The notes beneath the pieces were generated by a model. The model saw only the letters and a list, made by a program, of their open reading frames with translations, did not search any database and was not told the origin of the DNA. 64,000 nt of DNA from Azolla caroliniana (taxonomy: Eukaryota > Plantae > Polypodiophyta): contig JBHGNT010000002.1 of NCBI GenBank assembly GCA_043228905.1, positions 20,398,001 to 20,462,000 of the forward strand. The letters are read 5' to 3'. Position numbers and translations under genes: made by a program. Each line of letters starts with the position of its first letter. The first letter of the stretch is position 1. Of the stretch, positions 34,351 through 46,700 are shown one piece after another.

Positions 34351-34950
34351 TTAGTGAGAAGGAGAAGGAGAAGGAGGAATGGATTTGCCTGAGGAGGGAT
34401 GATGAATAACACTATGGGTAGACTTGTTAGAAGATGAAGAAGGGATAAAGGAAGGTTGAGGAGAGTGAAACACGGTGTGAAAGTTGGACAAAGATGGAGG
34501 GGAAGAGTGAGAGGGAAGGGGAGGGGGGGAGGAAGAGGGAGTAGGAGTAGGGGTAGGAGTAGGAGTAGGGGTGGGAGTAGGAGTGGGGGTAGGGGTAGGG
34601 GTAGGGGTAGGGGTAGGGGTAGGGGTAGGGGTGGGAGTAGGGGACAAAGTAATGTTGGTAGTCGTTTTGTGAGGAGTGCTTTTAGAGTGTGGTCTTTGGG
34701 TGGGCACTGAAGGTGCTATGTTATGATGTTGATTTAGAGGCAATGGGCGAGGAGGATGAAGAGAATTGGGATCTCTACTAGAAGCATGGCTAGAATTTGA
34801 TACCGAAGATGAAGACGAGGACGAGAATGAGGCAACAGATCGGTGTATCTCTATGTTGGACGGAGTCGTCGGCCTACCATTTGCCACACTACATATGACC
34901 ATCAAAACTACTACCAAAACCACTACTCTATTAATCATTTGTAACCCCAT
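34351..34950 (-). CDS. Secreted Ser/Thr/Pro-rich protein (HRGP/AGP-like) with possible C-terminal signalling peptide, ~199 aa
   Basis: ATG at 34950 gives the signal peptide MGLQMINRVVVLVVVLMVICSVANG|RP; ~17 TP repeats with varied codons; TATA ctataaata ~100 nt upstream; AT-rich non-TE flanks. Confidence 0.75.
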   Translation of the reverse strand: MGLQMINRVVVLVVVLMVICSVANGRPTTPSNIEIHRSVASFSSSSSSSVSNSSHASSRDPNSLHPPRPLPLNQHHNIAPSVPTQRPHSKSTPHKTTTNITLSPTPTPTPTPTPTPTPTPTPTPTPTPTPTPTPTPTPSSSPPPLPSHSSPPSLSNFHTVFHSPQPSFIPSSSSNKSTHSVIHHPSSGKSIPPSPSPSH

Positions 34951-35045
34951 TATCAATATACAAGCCTTGGTTCTCCCTATCTCTCTAGCTTGTTTCTTGC
35001 TTGTTCTTTCTCTCTTTCGTTCATAGTATTCTTCCTTGCTTCGTT

Positions 35046-35054
35046 TATTTATAG
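35046..35054 (-). promoter_or_regulatory. Putative TATA box of the TP-rich gene
   Basis: CTATAAATA on the minus strand ~100 nt upstream of ATG 34950. Confidence 0.6.
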
Positions 35055-36632
35055 CCAACTTAAAGGTCCCAAATCCTCTTGTTTAAAAATTTTCTCCTTC
35101 AGGTTTTTAACCTAATCAAACTATATTGGTTTTCTTTGTATTTTGAGCACACAATATTGGTTTTCTTTGTATTTCAAGCATTACTATGTGATTCATATAA
35201 TCAATAATTAATCAATTGAACATCAACATCTTCAAATATTTAAATGAAACACATAGGAAATGACCAAATAAAAGTATAAGGATCAGCCTTCTATTATGAA
35301 GTGTTGGTAAGTTGTGAATATGAATAGTAAAAAAAAGTGATAACTTCACATTCAATTGAAAGTCCTGAAATATTATGTAGTTTGCTTAACTTGGGAAGAA
35401 ATTGTTTTTTCTACCTACTCTGTACATGCCAATTTTGCATATACAAATCCATTCGATTCAAATTCATGTACTAAATGAGGTGTTCATTTTTTAGCATTTT
35501 TGTCAAATCTTCGAAAGAATGACGTGAATTCCTTGAATATCATATAGAAATATTTCTTGGTATCCAATAAGCTACAAAACAATGTGTGTGAATGCATACA
35601 CACACGAGACATACACAAAATGTATGAGGCCATTTGAAGAGATTTCTGTGCATATTGAGTGTTAGTATCTCTAAAACAAGCATTATGCTTGTCATGAGCC
35701 AAAATCAGGATAAAAAACACATATGTACAATAATAAGCCACTTGAAACTATGGAAAGCTTTAAATACCTTGGCCCTGAAGTTCTAACAAATCATAAATGG
35801 AATGAATGTACTACTCGTAGCTTAGAGGCGAGAAAGAGAGTATTTCATGCATTAGAAAACATATGCAAATTTATCTTTTCGACACTTTGGTGACACTGTG
35901 CTTTTGTATGGTATGCAACATAGGATGGTAGAATTCCTAACTCCAAAATATTTTCTTCCAAAATGTTTCTCCAAGGCTACAAATACATATTATACACCCT
36001 TTTACTTTTGAGACAAAATCACTTCCCATGAGATCGTGACCATTGAAAGAGTGGTTGAATACATGCTTAAGGTTCAAAAATGCCTTTAATATAGACCGAT
36101 TAGAATATCATGTGAAGCAAGTCAAAAAAAATTTGAAAAATACATAAAAGCTCAAATTTTTGCAAGACAAGAAATTTTGGTTTAGAAGATGGCATGCAAT
36201 ATACTTGTTTTGTGATGTATCAAACAATTCCTTTGGGAATGAGGCATTTTAGGTAATGCCAATGTATCATGACATGGGAAAAAATATGGAGACTCACACT
36301 TCACACATTATACTACATATGTTACACATGCCTATAACGCAAAAGTCTTCCCTATACAAGGAAGCATCACACGTCAATACATGTTAGAGTTGAACTCCTT
36401 GTTCGCTATCCAAGTCGTTGCTTCCATAAAACTTAGTTCATAATCACTTCGATGTGAGATGAGAAGTTGTTGAATAAATTCACCCACTAGGGACCTAAAC
36501 CTATGAAGATGGCTTGATCAATAGTAATGTTGACAAAAGATTACAAACGATGATATTTTGATGGCACCGTGCCCTTTTTGTTTGGCGCGTGCACCCTTCT
36601 AGGTGCACTCCATGTGTTTGAGGGACAATACA

Positions 36633-37160
36633 TGTTACACTTAACTTTTTAATGTGTAATGCGGTTTGCCTTAGTGAATATGTACGCTAGTTTATGTGGG
36701 TGAGTATGTGAACCATGCAACATTGTACGTGTTTAACTTATCATGGTTCAATGGTATGCAATGAGTATGTGCTTGTAAGAAATAGTCTATGTATTTACAC
36801 ATCCACGTGCATTTGTGCATATATATGTTTCACATAACTGTATAATTGTAATTGTATAAGTTAGCCTAAGTGTCCATGTGTAAAGATATAAGGGTTTGTT
36901 GTGTAAATGTGTATGCGTATATGAGTATGTGTAAGACTTAACTATGTGTGATGTTGTGTATGCTCGTGATTATGCGTGAATAATTGGGTGTATTTTGTTT
37001 TATATGTAATAAAAGTGTATGTTGAAGTGTGTGTGGTATTAATTTAAATTTTATTATAGGGGATGAGGCATACTTTAAGTGTTTGTTTTCAAATATTTTC
37101 ATTGGAAGAGGGGTATTTTTGGAACGTAAAGTTCCCCTCCCTTCATGTCCCTCCCTTCCT
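36633..37160 (-). mobile_element. Degenerate 3' LTR (36633-37130) with polypurine tract
   Basis: Minus strand reads GAAGGGAGGGGAAC then ttacg...; the other end is ...gtgtaaca. Family not identified. Confidence 0.45.
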
Positions 37161-37589
37161 GTAGTTGTGGATAGTACCCATTTTGTGTGCGTTGGAGGGG
37201 GTAGTCGAGAGGGGGAAACAAGCCACCAATTGTGGAGCCTAGGCCCAACTGCACAAGGTTCCAAGTTGGATGTCATGCCTAGCCCATTCAACAAAATGAG
37301 AGGATGCCTAGGTCTAAACACGGACCTAAGAACAAAGGGAATCATAGGTCCAAACAAGGACATAAGGATGAAATAAAAGAGGTTGGATGTTGACAAATCT
37401 GAGGGTGCATGTTCAAATCTTGTCGTTCGTCAAATAGTCTTTTTACTGAGCCAAACATTTCTCAAATTTCCTTGGGGAAACTACTCAATGATGGTGTGCC
37501 AATTTGTAGGATTGACGTGGAATATATAGCACATTTGTAGTTCTTAAAAGAAGGAATGTTCAGGGTATCGGGGGCTAGATTATCTTTTC

Positions 37590-38770
37590 ATTGGGTGCTA
37601 AAGCATCCTTTCATTAGGGAATGAGAATAGTAGACTCAATCTGTTTTTTGTAGGTACAAGATCCGAGCTATGAATAGCAAGATAGTTGATGTGGAAAATG
37701 AAGATGATTTATTGTTAAAAAGATGAGTGAGGATGTTGTTGAGGGTTGAAGCAGAATTTCATGAGGGGATGAGCACATCTGATTCGTTTTGTTTGTTGTC
37801 TATACAAGAATTTGGTCGAAAATGGTGAGGTGGTTGATGTGGTTGATGTGGAAATATTTTGAAACAAATTTATTTATTTTTAGTTCTAGAACAATGAGTG
37901 AAGATGGTGACGGGGGTAGAATCAAATTTTCATGAGGGTCTGAGGAGAGTTGCTTTGTGTATATACAGGAAATTGCTGAAAATGGAGAGGTACAAGACTA
38001 TGGTCTTAATCGATAGGATGATGGATGTGGAAAATGAAGTGGATGTTTTTAATTGATAAGGATGGTGTGGGGGAGTGAAGAATTTTTTCATTAGGAGCTA
38101 AAGCATCCTTTCATTAGGGGATGAGAATAGTAGAATAATTCTGGTTTTTGTAGGTATAGGACTCAGACGATGAATGGCAAGATGGTTGTAGTGGAAAACG
38201 ATGCTAATTTATTTTTGAAAGGATGAGTAGAGTTGAAGCAGAATTTCATGAGTGGATGAGGACAACTAATTTGTTTTGTTTGTGGTTTACACAAGATTTT
38301 GATGGAAAATGGCGAGATGGTTGATGTGGAAGTTTTTTGAAGCAGACTTATTTATTTTCAATTTCTAAAACAATGAGTGAAGACAGTGGTAAAGGCAGAA
38401 GCAACATTTCATGAGGGTTTCAGGAGTGTGGATTCATTCTGTTTTGTGTATTTATAGGAAATTGCTAAAAATAGAGAGATACAGGACTCAGGCGATGAAT
38501 AGCAAGATAGTGTTTGAGGAAAATGAAGCTGATTTATTTTTGAAAGGATGAGTGAGGATGTTGTCGAGGGTTGAAGTAGAATTTCATGAGTGGATGAGGA
38601 CAACTTATTTGTTTTGTTTGTTGTCTATATAGGAATTTGATGAAAATGGTGAGATGGTTGATGTGGAAATATTTTGAAGCAGATTTTTTTATTTATAGTT
38701 TATACAACGATGAGCGAAGATGGTGGAGGAGGCTACAACAAATTTTCATGAAGGTATGAGGAGATTGGAT
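37590..38770. repeat. Degenerate higher-order tandem repeat (about 3 units of 300-500 bp with internal subrepeats)
   Basis: gctaaagcatcctttcattaggg at 37597 and 38097; gaatttcatgag.ggatgag at ~37754, 38241 and 38579; recurring ggttgatgtggaa. Confidence 0.8.
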
Positions 38771-38840
38771 TGTAGTGGAGAACCAGTATTTTCATATGGT
38801 AGGTTCATCTGGATATGATGAACTCTCAGATGCAACAGCG

Positions 38841-38993
38841 TGTTGGGAATATGTCCCTCCAGTGGGAGGAAGAACCGATTGATCGGAAAGCTGACAGTCG
38901 AAGAGTCGAAAACAGTGAATTGACTATTTGAAGATTCGACTATTATTATTATAGTAATAATAATAATAATGATGTTAGTTAATAGGTCTCTCG

Positions 38994-39083
<90 letters not shown>

Positions 39084-39590
39084 CCGAGTTGATGAGTGAC
39101 TCGGCCTCGGCCGAAACCGAAATCGTGTATATAGCCAACTCGGGAGACTATAATTGTAAATAGTCTAAGAGTGCGCCCCATGAGGGCTACGTATGTAAAT
39201 AGCCGAAAAGTTGTGTAAGTATATATACAACTAGGGCAAACGTTATGTGTGGTGTAGAAATGTGTAAGAGCAGAAGTTGAAGTGTGCAGGAGAGAGAGAG
39301 AGAGAGAGAGAGAGAAGCGTGAGCCGCGCCATAGCTATGTGTGTAATAGCAGACACGAGGAGCCCTGTGCGGTTGATGCACTTGTGAGAGAGAGTTTTGT
39401 AATCATCTCTGTATTGTATATCCATTATTTGTATAGTGAAGTTTTGTTCCCGTGGTTTTCCCCGTTTCAGGGTTTCCACGTAAATCTTTGTGCATTGTTG
39501 TGTGTCTTGTCATTCTGGCATTTTGTGTGATTCATGTTTCAGCGTGCAGTTCCTTCATTGTGATTTATATTCTGCATCGATTTCTCAACA
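38841..39590 (+). mobile_element. Copia solo LTR containing a long (GA)n microsatellite (~38997-39079)
   Basis: tgttgggaatatgtccctcc...ttctcaaca; near-TSD CAGCG/CAACG; termini match the Copia LTRs at 15402 and 48355. Confidence 0.8.
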
Positions 39591-40208
39591 CAACGATCAA
39601 GAAATCATAGTGAAAGAATATATATCAGTACAACATGTTGAATACGATGGAATTGGTGCTATGGGCTTTGGCATGGCATCAACATTACTTGGTGACATGG
39701 GCGTTGGCATGGCAACAACATTAGTTAGGGAGAAGTTCATCGATTGTGGAGTTCATGTTTACGAACCAACTTTGGTAAGATGCAAGAAATTAGGAGGATT
39801 CATTGGAATTCTGGAGCAAAAGCTATAGAGAAAAGAGTAGACTTTGGAAATGGAAGGTGTAACACACTATTCTATGAAATATGGAAATGGAACTCTCATT
39901 ATCATGTTAGTTGCCTTGTTGAAGCAGGAGATGTGTTCCACGAGCTTCTAACTACATAGGTGGTTTCATGGAATGCAATGATGACAGGGCATATAGGACA
40001 TGGATGTTGGTTGATATGAGTTTGATGTGCGGGGGGGAAATGAACCATGCCTATAACAGGTAGGGCACCATTGAATGCATTGATTATGTTGTTCGGTTGT
40101 GCGACGAATTGTGTGATCGTCATTGCCACCATTCTCGCACAATTTGTCGTTGCCATGTCTTTGCCACGTATTAATCTTTGACTTCGTCTCCAAAGGGGGG
40201 TCGCCTTA

Positions 40209-40357
40209 GTGGTCGCCAAAATAGTGTTGTAGGTTTTAGGGTTAGGGTTAAGATGGAATTGGTGATGGAATTGGTGATGGCATTGAGAAGCATTGAGGGG
40301 TGGGGGGTGGTGCCTAGAATAGCTCCATCCCCCTCCCAAGGGTGTTCAACGTTAAGG

Positions 40358-40404
<47 letters not shown>

Positions 40405-40644
40405 GATCATTGTTCATTCATTCCCCATAAGGGGTTAAATAGATACAAAAGGGTAGATACACAAGGGTGCAAGCCCCCTTGGCATTTACACCTAGTCACT
40501 CACTTACACCTCTTTGTATCAACCACACTCACACTTACATTCACACTCATAATCGTATAACATTACACATACATATCAACACATTACATCTTTCACCCTC
40601 ACTTATCACACTTATCAATCACCCATACATCTCGTACGATAACA
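40209..40644 (-). mobile_element. 5' LTR of family 'B' (40225-40644) with short tRNA-Arg(UCG)-type PBS (40218-40209)
   Basis: Reverse complement of the solo LTR 54856-55389; ends cctacaaca followed by ctattt-TGGCGACCAC. Confidence 0.75.
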
Positions 40645-40647
40645 CGA

Positions 40648-41536
40648 TGTCATGATGTTTTCGACACATAGTGCGAAACAACCCTCCAAAGAGAAAAAAA
40701 TAGTAGTCCAAATAAACTAATGTTGTTAAATCAACTATAGTAATAAATGAAAGGATAAAAAGTTAGAAGCGGTTTTCGAAAGTAGACAAAAATAGAGAAA
40801 AAGATAGGAAAAGAAAAGCTAGCCGTGGATATGAGGAGCAAGGTCGAGTAAAAAGCTCGTAATTTCTTCGTCCAGTGTCCAAATTAGAAAAAGAAAGATG
40901 CATAAGAAAGCTAACAGAAATAGATTTCTAAGAGTAGCTTGCATGTCAAATTTGATGTTACGAAACAGAAATAGTGATAAAAGGAAAACTCGACTCATAT
41001 AGAGAAACTTTTGGGGAAAAGAAAGAAAGAAAGGAAGCAAGCAATCCTAGACCTATAAACAAGAGCTTATTTTAAGGAGAAGAGGGGATTTGAAGAAGAA
41101 AATATTTATGTTTCCTCTCTCAAACTCTTATACCCTGAAAGGGGATAGAAAAAAAATCATGTAACAAAATAGATCCATTATAGTGATGATTTAGTAATAA
41201 AAAGCTTTCCATGTTTCCTCTCTCGTGATCTCTTTCTTTAAACTTTTCTTATGTATAAATAAAATTAAGTGTTATTCATGCTTGCTTACTCTAAGCCTTC
41301 TTACTCATAAGAATAATTAAGTATTATTCAATCTCGCATAATCTCCTACTCGAAGATTTGCTTATGCATAAATGTACTAAACTATTGTTCGATCTCTTAT
41401 ACTACCACTCTTATTAGAGGGAAATCTCTCGTCTTTAAGCTTAAATTGCATTAAGCATTAAGCCCTAAATCTTTCCGGACCAAAACCCCGGCGGTTCGGC
41501 CTCACGATCCGCACTTACTGGCGGATTTTCACGACA
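40648..41536 (+). mobile_element. Solo LTR, Trp-primed Gypsy LTR superfamily
   Basis: TGTCATGA...TTTTCACGACA; cctataaa at ~41052; near-TSD ACGA/ACGC; 3' end matches the reverse complement of 49678-49730. Confidence 0.75.
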
Positions 41537-43522
41537 ACGCCTCGTCAACACACGAAGAAACCCAATTTCGGTCGGCCCTCCAATGTACGACATGCTCGAA
41601 TTCCAGCCACTCGGTTGTGGATTGCGCTCTTCGACCACATTGCCCGATCTGGCACTCACAAGTACATACGGTAGAGCAACGTGAATATAATATGCACAAC
41701 CGCCACTCTCGTACACCAAATCGAGCCTTGTCCCGATCGCCCTCGACGAGATAATCGTGATCGTCCGCCGCCCACAAATCGGGAAGCCAAACGGCCATGG
41801 TACGAGGATCGTCAGCGAAGAGAAGATCATTAAGGACCCGAGGAAGATTGCTATCCCTGGGACAATATGTATCGGCCCGAGGAAGAACGTTACCGGCGAG
41901 ACAATAGGCCTCGACCTAAGGACGCCCGTTGCCGATCTAGAGACGATCATTATCCTGGTAGATGACTACTACCGTTACGATTACGATCGGGACGACTATT
42001 ATGAACCAAGATATCAAAGGTACGACTGGCAGCCTCCCCAACATAATCGTGGTCCTCAGCAAGCGGGCAATAATCAACGACCTCCAGATAATAGACATCA
42101 AGACCCACCACGTCTAGATCATCATTGACCACCTCCCCACACCAAGCCTCAGGTCGACCCCCATTGAGCGTAGCAGTATGCCGCGCCACCCAGAGAGGAA
42201 AATCCCTGACCGTATGAAACATCTCAATTCAAGCAAGGGGAATCGAGCAACTTAGTGCCACTCGCATGTTTTAATTGTAACCAACCAAGGAATTATACCA
42301 CACATTGTCCGGCCATTGGTCGCAGCAAAGCACCCGCAGTAAATATCATTACAGCCGAGGTTCAACAGGTAACCGCACATAGCAAGGCACAACGCATGCA
42401 GTGGAAAGTCCAGGATGAAGTCTGGCAAGCCACTAAGGACTGGATCGAGAAAGCTAATAACGCAAACGTCGACAGCATGAATATCGAGATGAAGGACATC
42501 ACTATCGGTGCGTCGACTTCCTCAAACCCCACCGATTCGCTTGATGATATTGATGACCCAACGTGGCAAGCACTTACCAACTGCCAAATATCAATGCCTC
42601 TAAATAAGCTCCTGCATTTACTCCCATGGTTCAATGGCACAATGGTATCCTTGACCACCGAGAAAGAGTAGATGACCATGCCTGTGCACCTTTTTGATCC
42701 AAATGCACGACCACCACTAATGTACTCCCAGAACCCCGTCGTAAACCTCCTTATCAAAGGGCAAGATATTCACGGTTGCATCGTCGATGGTTGATCAGGG
42801 ATCAACGTTATTAGAGAGGCCACTTGCCGGGTTTTCAGCATCACCCAATGGGAACCGTGCCCATTTTGGCTCCAGATGGTGGATACACGTTCACTCCGGG
42901 CCATGGGCTTAATCCAACACCTCAACTTCATTCTCAGGGGCCCTACATTCACGATTTTGGCAGTGGTGTTATGGCTAGATGCTCCCGATGCCTACCCGAT
43001 GTTACTTGGGCGACCCTGTTTGTGCATGGCCAACATTAAGCAACACTAGCAGCGCAATATGTGTTGAACCCAGTGCTCGGCCACAACCGAGGAATAGGAT
43101 TAACTCACAGAAAACAGGAAATACAAAATGCACGTAGACAATAGAGAGAAGAGTACACTGGATGTTTTACGTGGAAAGCCCTAAATGGGAAAAACCACGG
43201 GAGTCCTCAAACTCCAACTATCACTACAAACAGAGATGTACAATGGTGAGGCTACAAGGCAACAACCTTGAGCTCACTGTCTTCGCCACAGGCGGCGGTA
43301 ATACACAGAGGCAACGACCTCTTCGTCTCTCTCTCTCTCGGCTGCTCACTTCACTCCCTCTAAGTGAAAACAAGAAAACTTAGCAACAACGTAAAACTGT
43401 TTGCCCTAAGTCATATTTATACACATATGACTTTCGGGCTATTTACAAATATAGCCTCAAGGGCCCTTGGCAAACATATTCACAAATATGTCCCCGCATC
43501 CGGATCTCTCTCCGGGTACATT

Positions 43523-43700
43523 CGTCATCCGGCTCTGTAGCCGGGGTCTTCATCACCCGGCTCCGTAACCGGGGTCTTCATCATCCGGCTCCGTAGCCGA
43601 GGTCTTCATCATCCGGCTCCGTAGCCGGGGTCTTCATCATCCAGCTCCGTAACCGGGGTCTTCATCATCCGGCTCCGTAGCCGGGGTCTTCATCATCCGA
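43523..43700. repeat. 27-bp tandem array in Copia LTR U3 (6-7 units; also at 48131-48308)
   Basis: Unit ggtcttcatcatccggctccgtagccg. Confidence 0.95.
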
Positions 43701-43757
43701 TTCCCGGACATCTGACCATCCCATCCGGAGGGACCGTAATCCCAACAAACTCCCCCT

Positions 43758-46700
43758 TCACTTCGGCATGGGATGTCTTTCCAGTCCGACCCTCTTCAGG
43801 CACGCTTCCAGCTTGTCGGGTGTGAGCACTTTGGTCAGCATATCTGACCCGTTCTCTTCCGTGTGGATCTTCGTCAGCACGAACTCCTGGTCTTCTATCC
43901 TTTCCCGGATCCAGTGATATCTACGCTGGATGTGCTTCGTCCGGGAGTGATAGGCCGCATTCTTCGCAAGGTGGATGGCACTCTGACTGTCGCAGTAGAG
44001 TCGGTACTCCTCCTGCCGGATACCGAGCTCTCTAATGAAGTCCTTCATCCATATTATTTCCTTGCCGGCTTCAACAGCCGCCATGTACTCCGCCTCCGTG
44101 GTTGACAACGCAACCGTCTTCTGCAGCCTCGACTGCCACGAAACAGCTCCCCCTGCATACGTCATCACATACCCTGATGTGGACCGGCTGGTATCTGCAT
44201 CAGCCGACATATCCGAATCGGTAAAGCCGTTGAGTTCGGGCTTACCGGAGCCGAATCGGAGGCACACGTTTGCCGTGCCCTTCAGGTATCGGAGTATCCA
44301 CTTGACCGCGTTCCAGTGCTCTTTGCCGGGATTGCTCATGTACCGGCAAACTGCAAGTTGTCCAGCAAGCAGAGCCCCAAGACAAAGCAACAACTGCTTC
44401 TTCTTCCGGTCCCGGATGATGTGCATCCCTAGTATTTGCCTCGCCGGACCCAGGTCCTTCATTGAGAAGGTTCGGTGAAGCGCTTTCTTCAGCATCTGTA
44501 TCTTGACCTGGTCCCGTCCGACGATCAACATGTCGTCCACGTATAGGAGGAGTATTAGAAAGTCTCCTCCTTTGAACTTCTTCACAAACACGCAGTGATC
44601 GGACTGCCTTTTGTGGTACCCTTCGTCGGTCATGAAGGAGTCGAACTTCCGGTACCATTGCCGGGGAGCCTGCTTCAGTCCGTAAAGGCTCTTCTTCAAC
44701 CGGCATACCAGGTGCTCCTTCCCTTTCTTCTCGAATCCTTCCGGTTGATGCATGTAGATCTCTTCTTCGAGGTCACCGTGAAGGAATGCCGTCTTCACGT
44801 CCATCTGTTCTACCTCGAGGTCCATGCTTGCCGCTATGCTCAGCACCGTCCGGATGGAGGTCATCTTCACTACCGGGGCAAATATCTCGTCGAAGTCGAC
44901 GCCCTTCTTCTGCTGGAACCCCTTCACCACGATCCTGGCTTTGTATCTCGGGGGGTTTCCGGCATCTCCCGGTTTCAGCTTGAACACCCACTTGTTTCGA
45001 AGTGCCCGCTTTCCTTTCGGCAACTCCACAAGTTCATATGTGTGGTTCTCATGCAGGGAATCCATCTCCTCCTGCATGGCACTTAACCACCTGCAGCTAT
45101 GGTTGTCAAGCTTTGCTTCTTCAAAACTCTCCGGCTCCCCCTCGTCGGTTAGCAGCATGTGCTCTGGTTCCGGAAATCTCCGGGGGGGCCCTTCTCTCTC
45201 TTAGAGGATATCTCCGTTCCGGAGCTTCGGTAACCGGCTCCTCCGTTTCCTCTTCATCCGAATCCATTTCGGGATCGGGGCCGGTTCCGGTATCAGTTTC
45301 ATCCTCCTCGGCCGGTTCTGTTTCTTCACCGTCTTCGGCCGGATCCTCGAGTGCTAACCGGCCCCTTGCCGGTCGAGACTGCTCCTCGTAGAGTTGATTC
45401 TCACCGGTCGACTTGGAGCTCTTCATCTTCTTCTCCGACTCCCAGTCGGCGAGTGTCTTGTCCTCCATGAAGATGATATCTCGACTCCTAAACATCTTCT
45501 TGTCGACCGGGTCCCATACTCGGTAGCCGAACTCGTCGTCGCCGTAACCGAGGAATATGCATGGCCGGGTCTTCGGATCTAGCTTTCCTCTCCGGTCCTT
45601 TGCCACATGCACGTATGCGAGACACCCGAACACCTTCAGATGCCGGTAGGATACTTCCCTACCGGTCCACACTCTCTGCGGCGTGTCTCCGTCCAAAGGT
45701 ACAGAGGGTGATCTGTTTATCACGTATGTCGCCGTCGACATTGCCTCAGCCCAAAACCCCTTGGGTAATTTCGCATGCGCCAGCATACTCCGGACCCTCT
45801 CCATTATGGTCTGGTTCATCCTCTCGGCCAGCCCGTTCAGTTCCGGCGTCTTCGGCACAGTAAACTCGAGCCGGATTCCCTTCGAGCGACAGTACTCCTG
45901 GAACTGCCCCCGGTATTCCCCTCCGTTATCCGCTCGTATCGCTTTCAGCTTCTTGCCGGATTCCCTTTCCACTCTCGCGTGGAGTTCTTTGAAGACGGAC
46001 AATACTTGGTCCTTTGTCTTCAACGGTGCCGTCCACAGCTTCCGGCTGTGGTCATCAATGAATGTCACGAAGTACTGGGCTCCGCCATGTGACTTCGTCT
46101 CTACTTGACACACGTTAGTGTGCACCAACTCCAATGGTGCGCTACGTCTCGTCGGTGGCCTTGTGTGGAAGGAGGTCCGGTTTTGCTTACCGGCCAGACA
46201 GTCGGTACACTTCCCCAAGTGTACATGCTTTACCGGTATCAGGTTGTCTTCGGCAAGCCTCTTCATCCCCTTCTCGCTCATGTGGCACAGTCTCTTGTGC
46301 CATAGCTCACCGGCAGTGTCAGCTGCCACGTTCAGCTCCTCCGGACATAGCCGGGAATTCATCAGGTACAGTGTGTTGATCTTCCGGGCCCGAGCCACTA
46401 TCAGGCTCCCTTTGCTGAACTTCATGACACCGTTCCGGATGCTACCCGTGTAGCCTTCATCGTCTAGCCTCCCGGCCGAAATCAGGTTCAATCGAACCTC
46501 CGGAACGTGTCGAACATCCTTCAGCAGCATCTTGCATCCGGTTGATGTCATCAGCCACACGTCTCCTATGCCGGCAATCCGGCATGTACCTTCATTTCCC
46601 ATCCGGACACAGCCGTGCTCACCGGCTGTGTAGGATGAGAAGTATTTCTTCTCCGGGGTCAGGTGGAACGACGCTCCGGAATCGACCACCCAGGTCATCT

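Noticed and set aside
34951-35058. Longer 235-aa version of the TP-rich ORF
   Set aside because: It starts at a non-ATG codon overlapping the TATA box; ATG 34950 gives a proper signal peptide.
36096-36125. tcatgtgaagcaagt resembling the reverse complement of the putative transposon end at 2314-2330
   Set aside because: Only a ~15-bp match with no partner TIR or TSD found; insufficient to call an element.
38746-39530. ORFs with (SL)n or (RE)n runs (also 40171-40560 and 57036-57484)
   Set aside because: Translations of (GA)n microsatellites inside LTRs.
40229-40250. Telomere-like ttttagggttagggtt (also 55363-55385)
   Set aside because: Only 2-3 units and part of the family-B LTR end; at most a telo-box, not an interstitial telomere.
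43523-43700. CRISPR-like 27-bp repeat array
   Set aside because: Repeats are head-to-tail with no unique spacers, lie inside both LTRs, have no cas genes nearby, and the context is eukaryotic.
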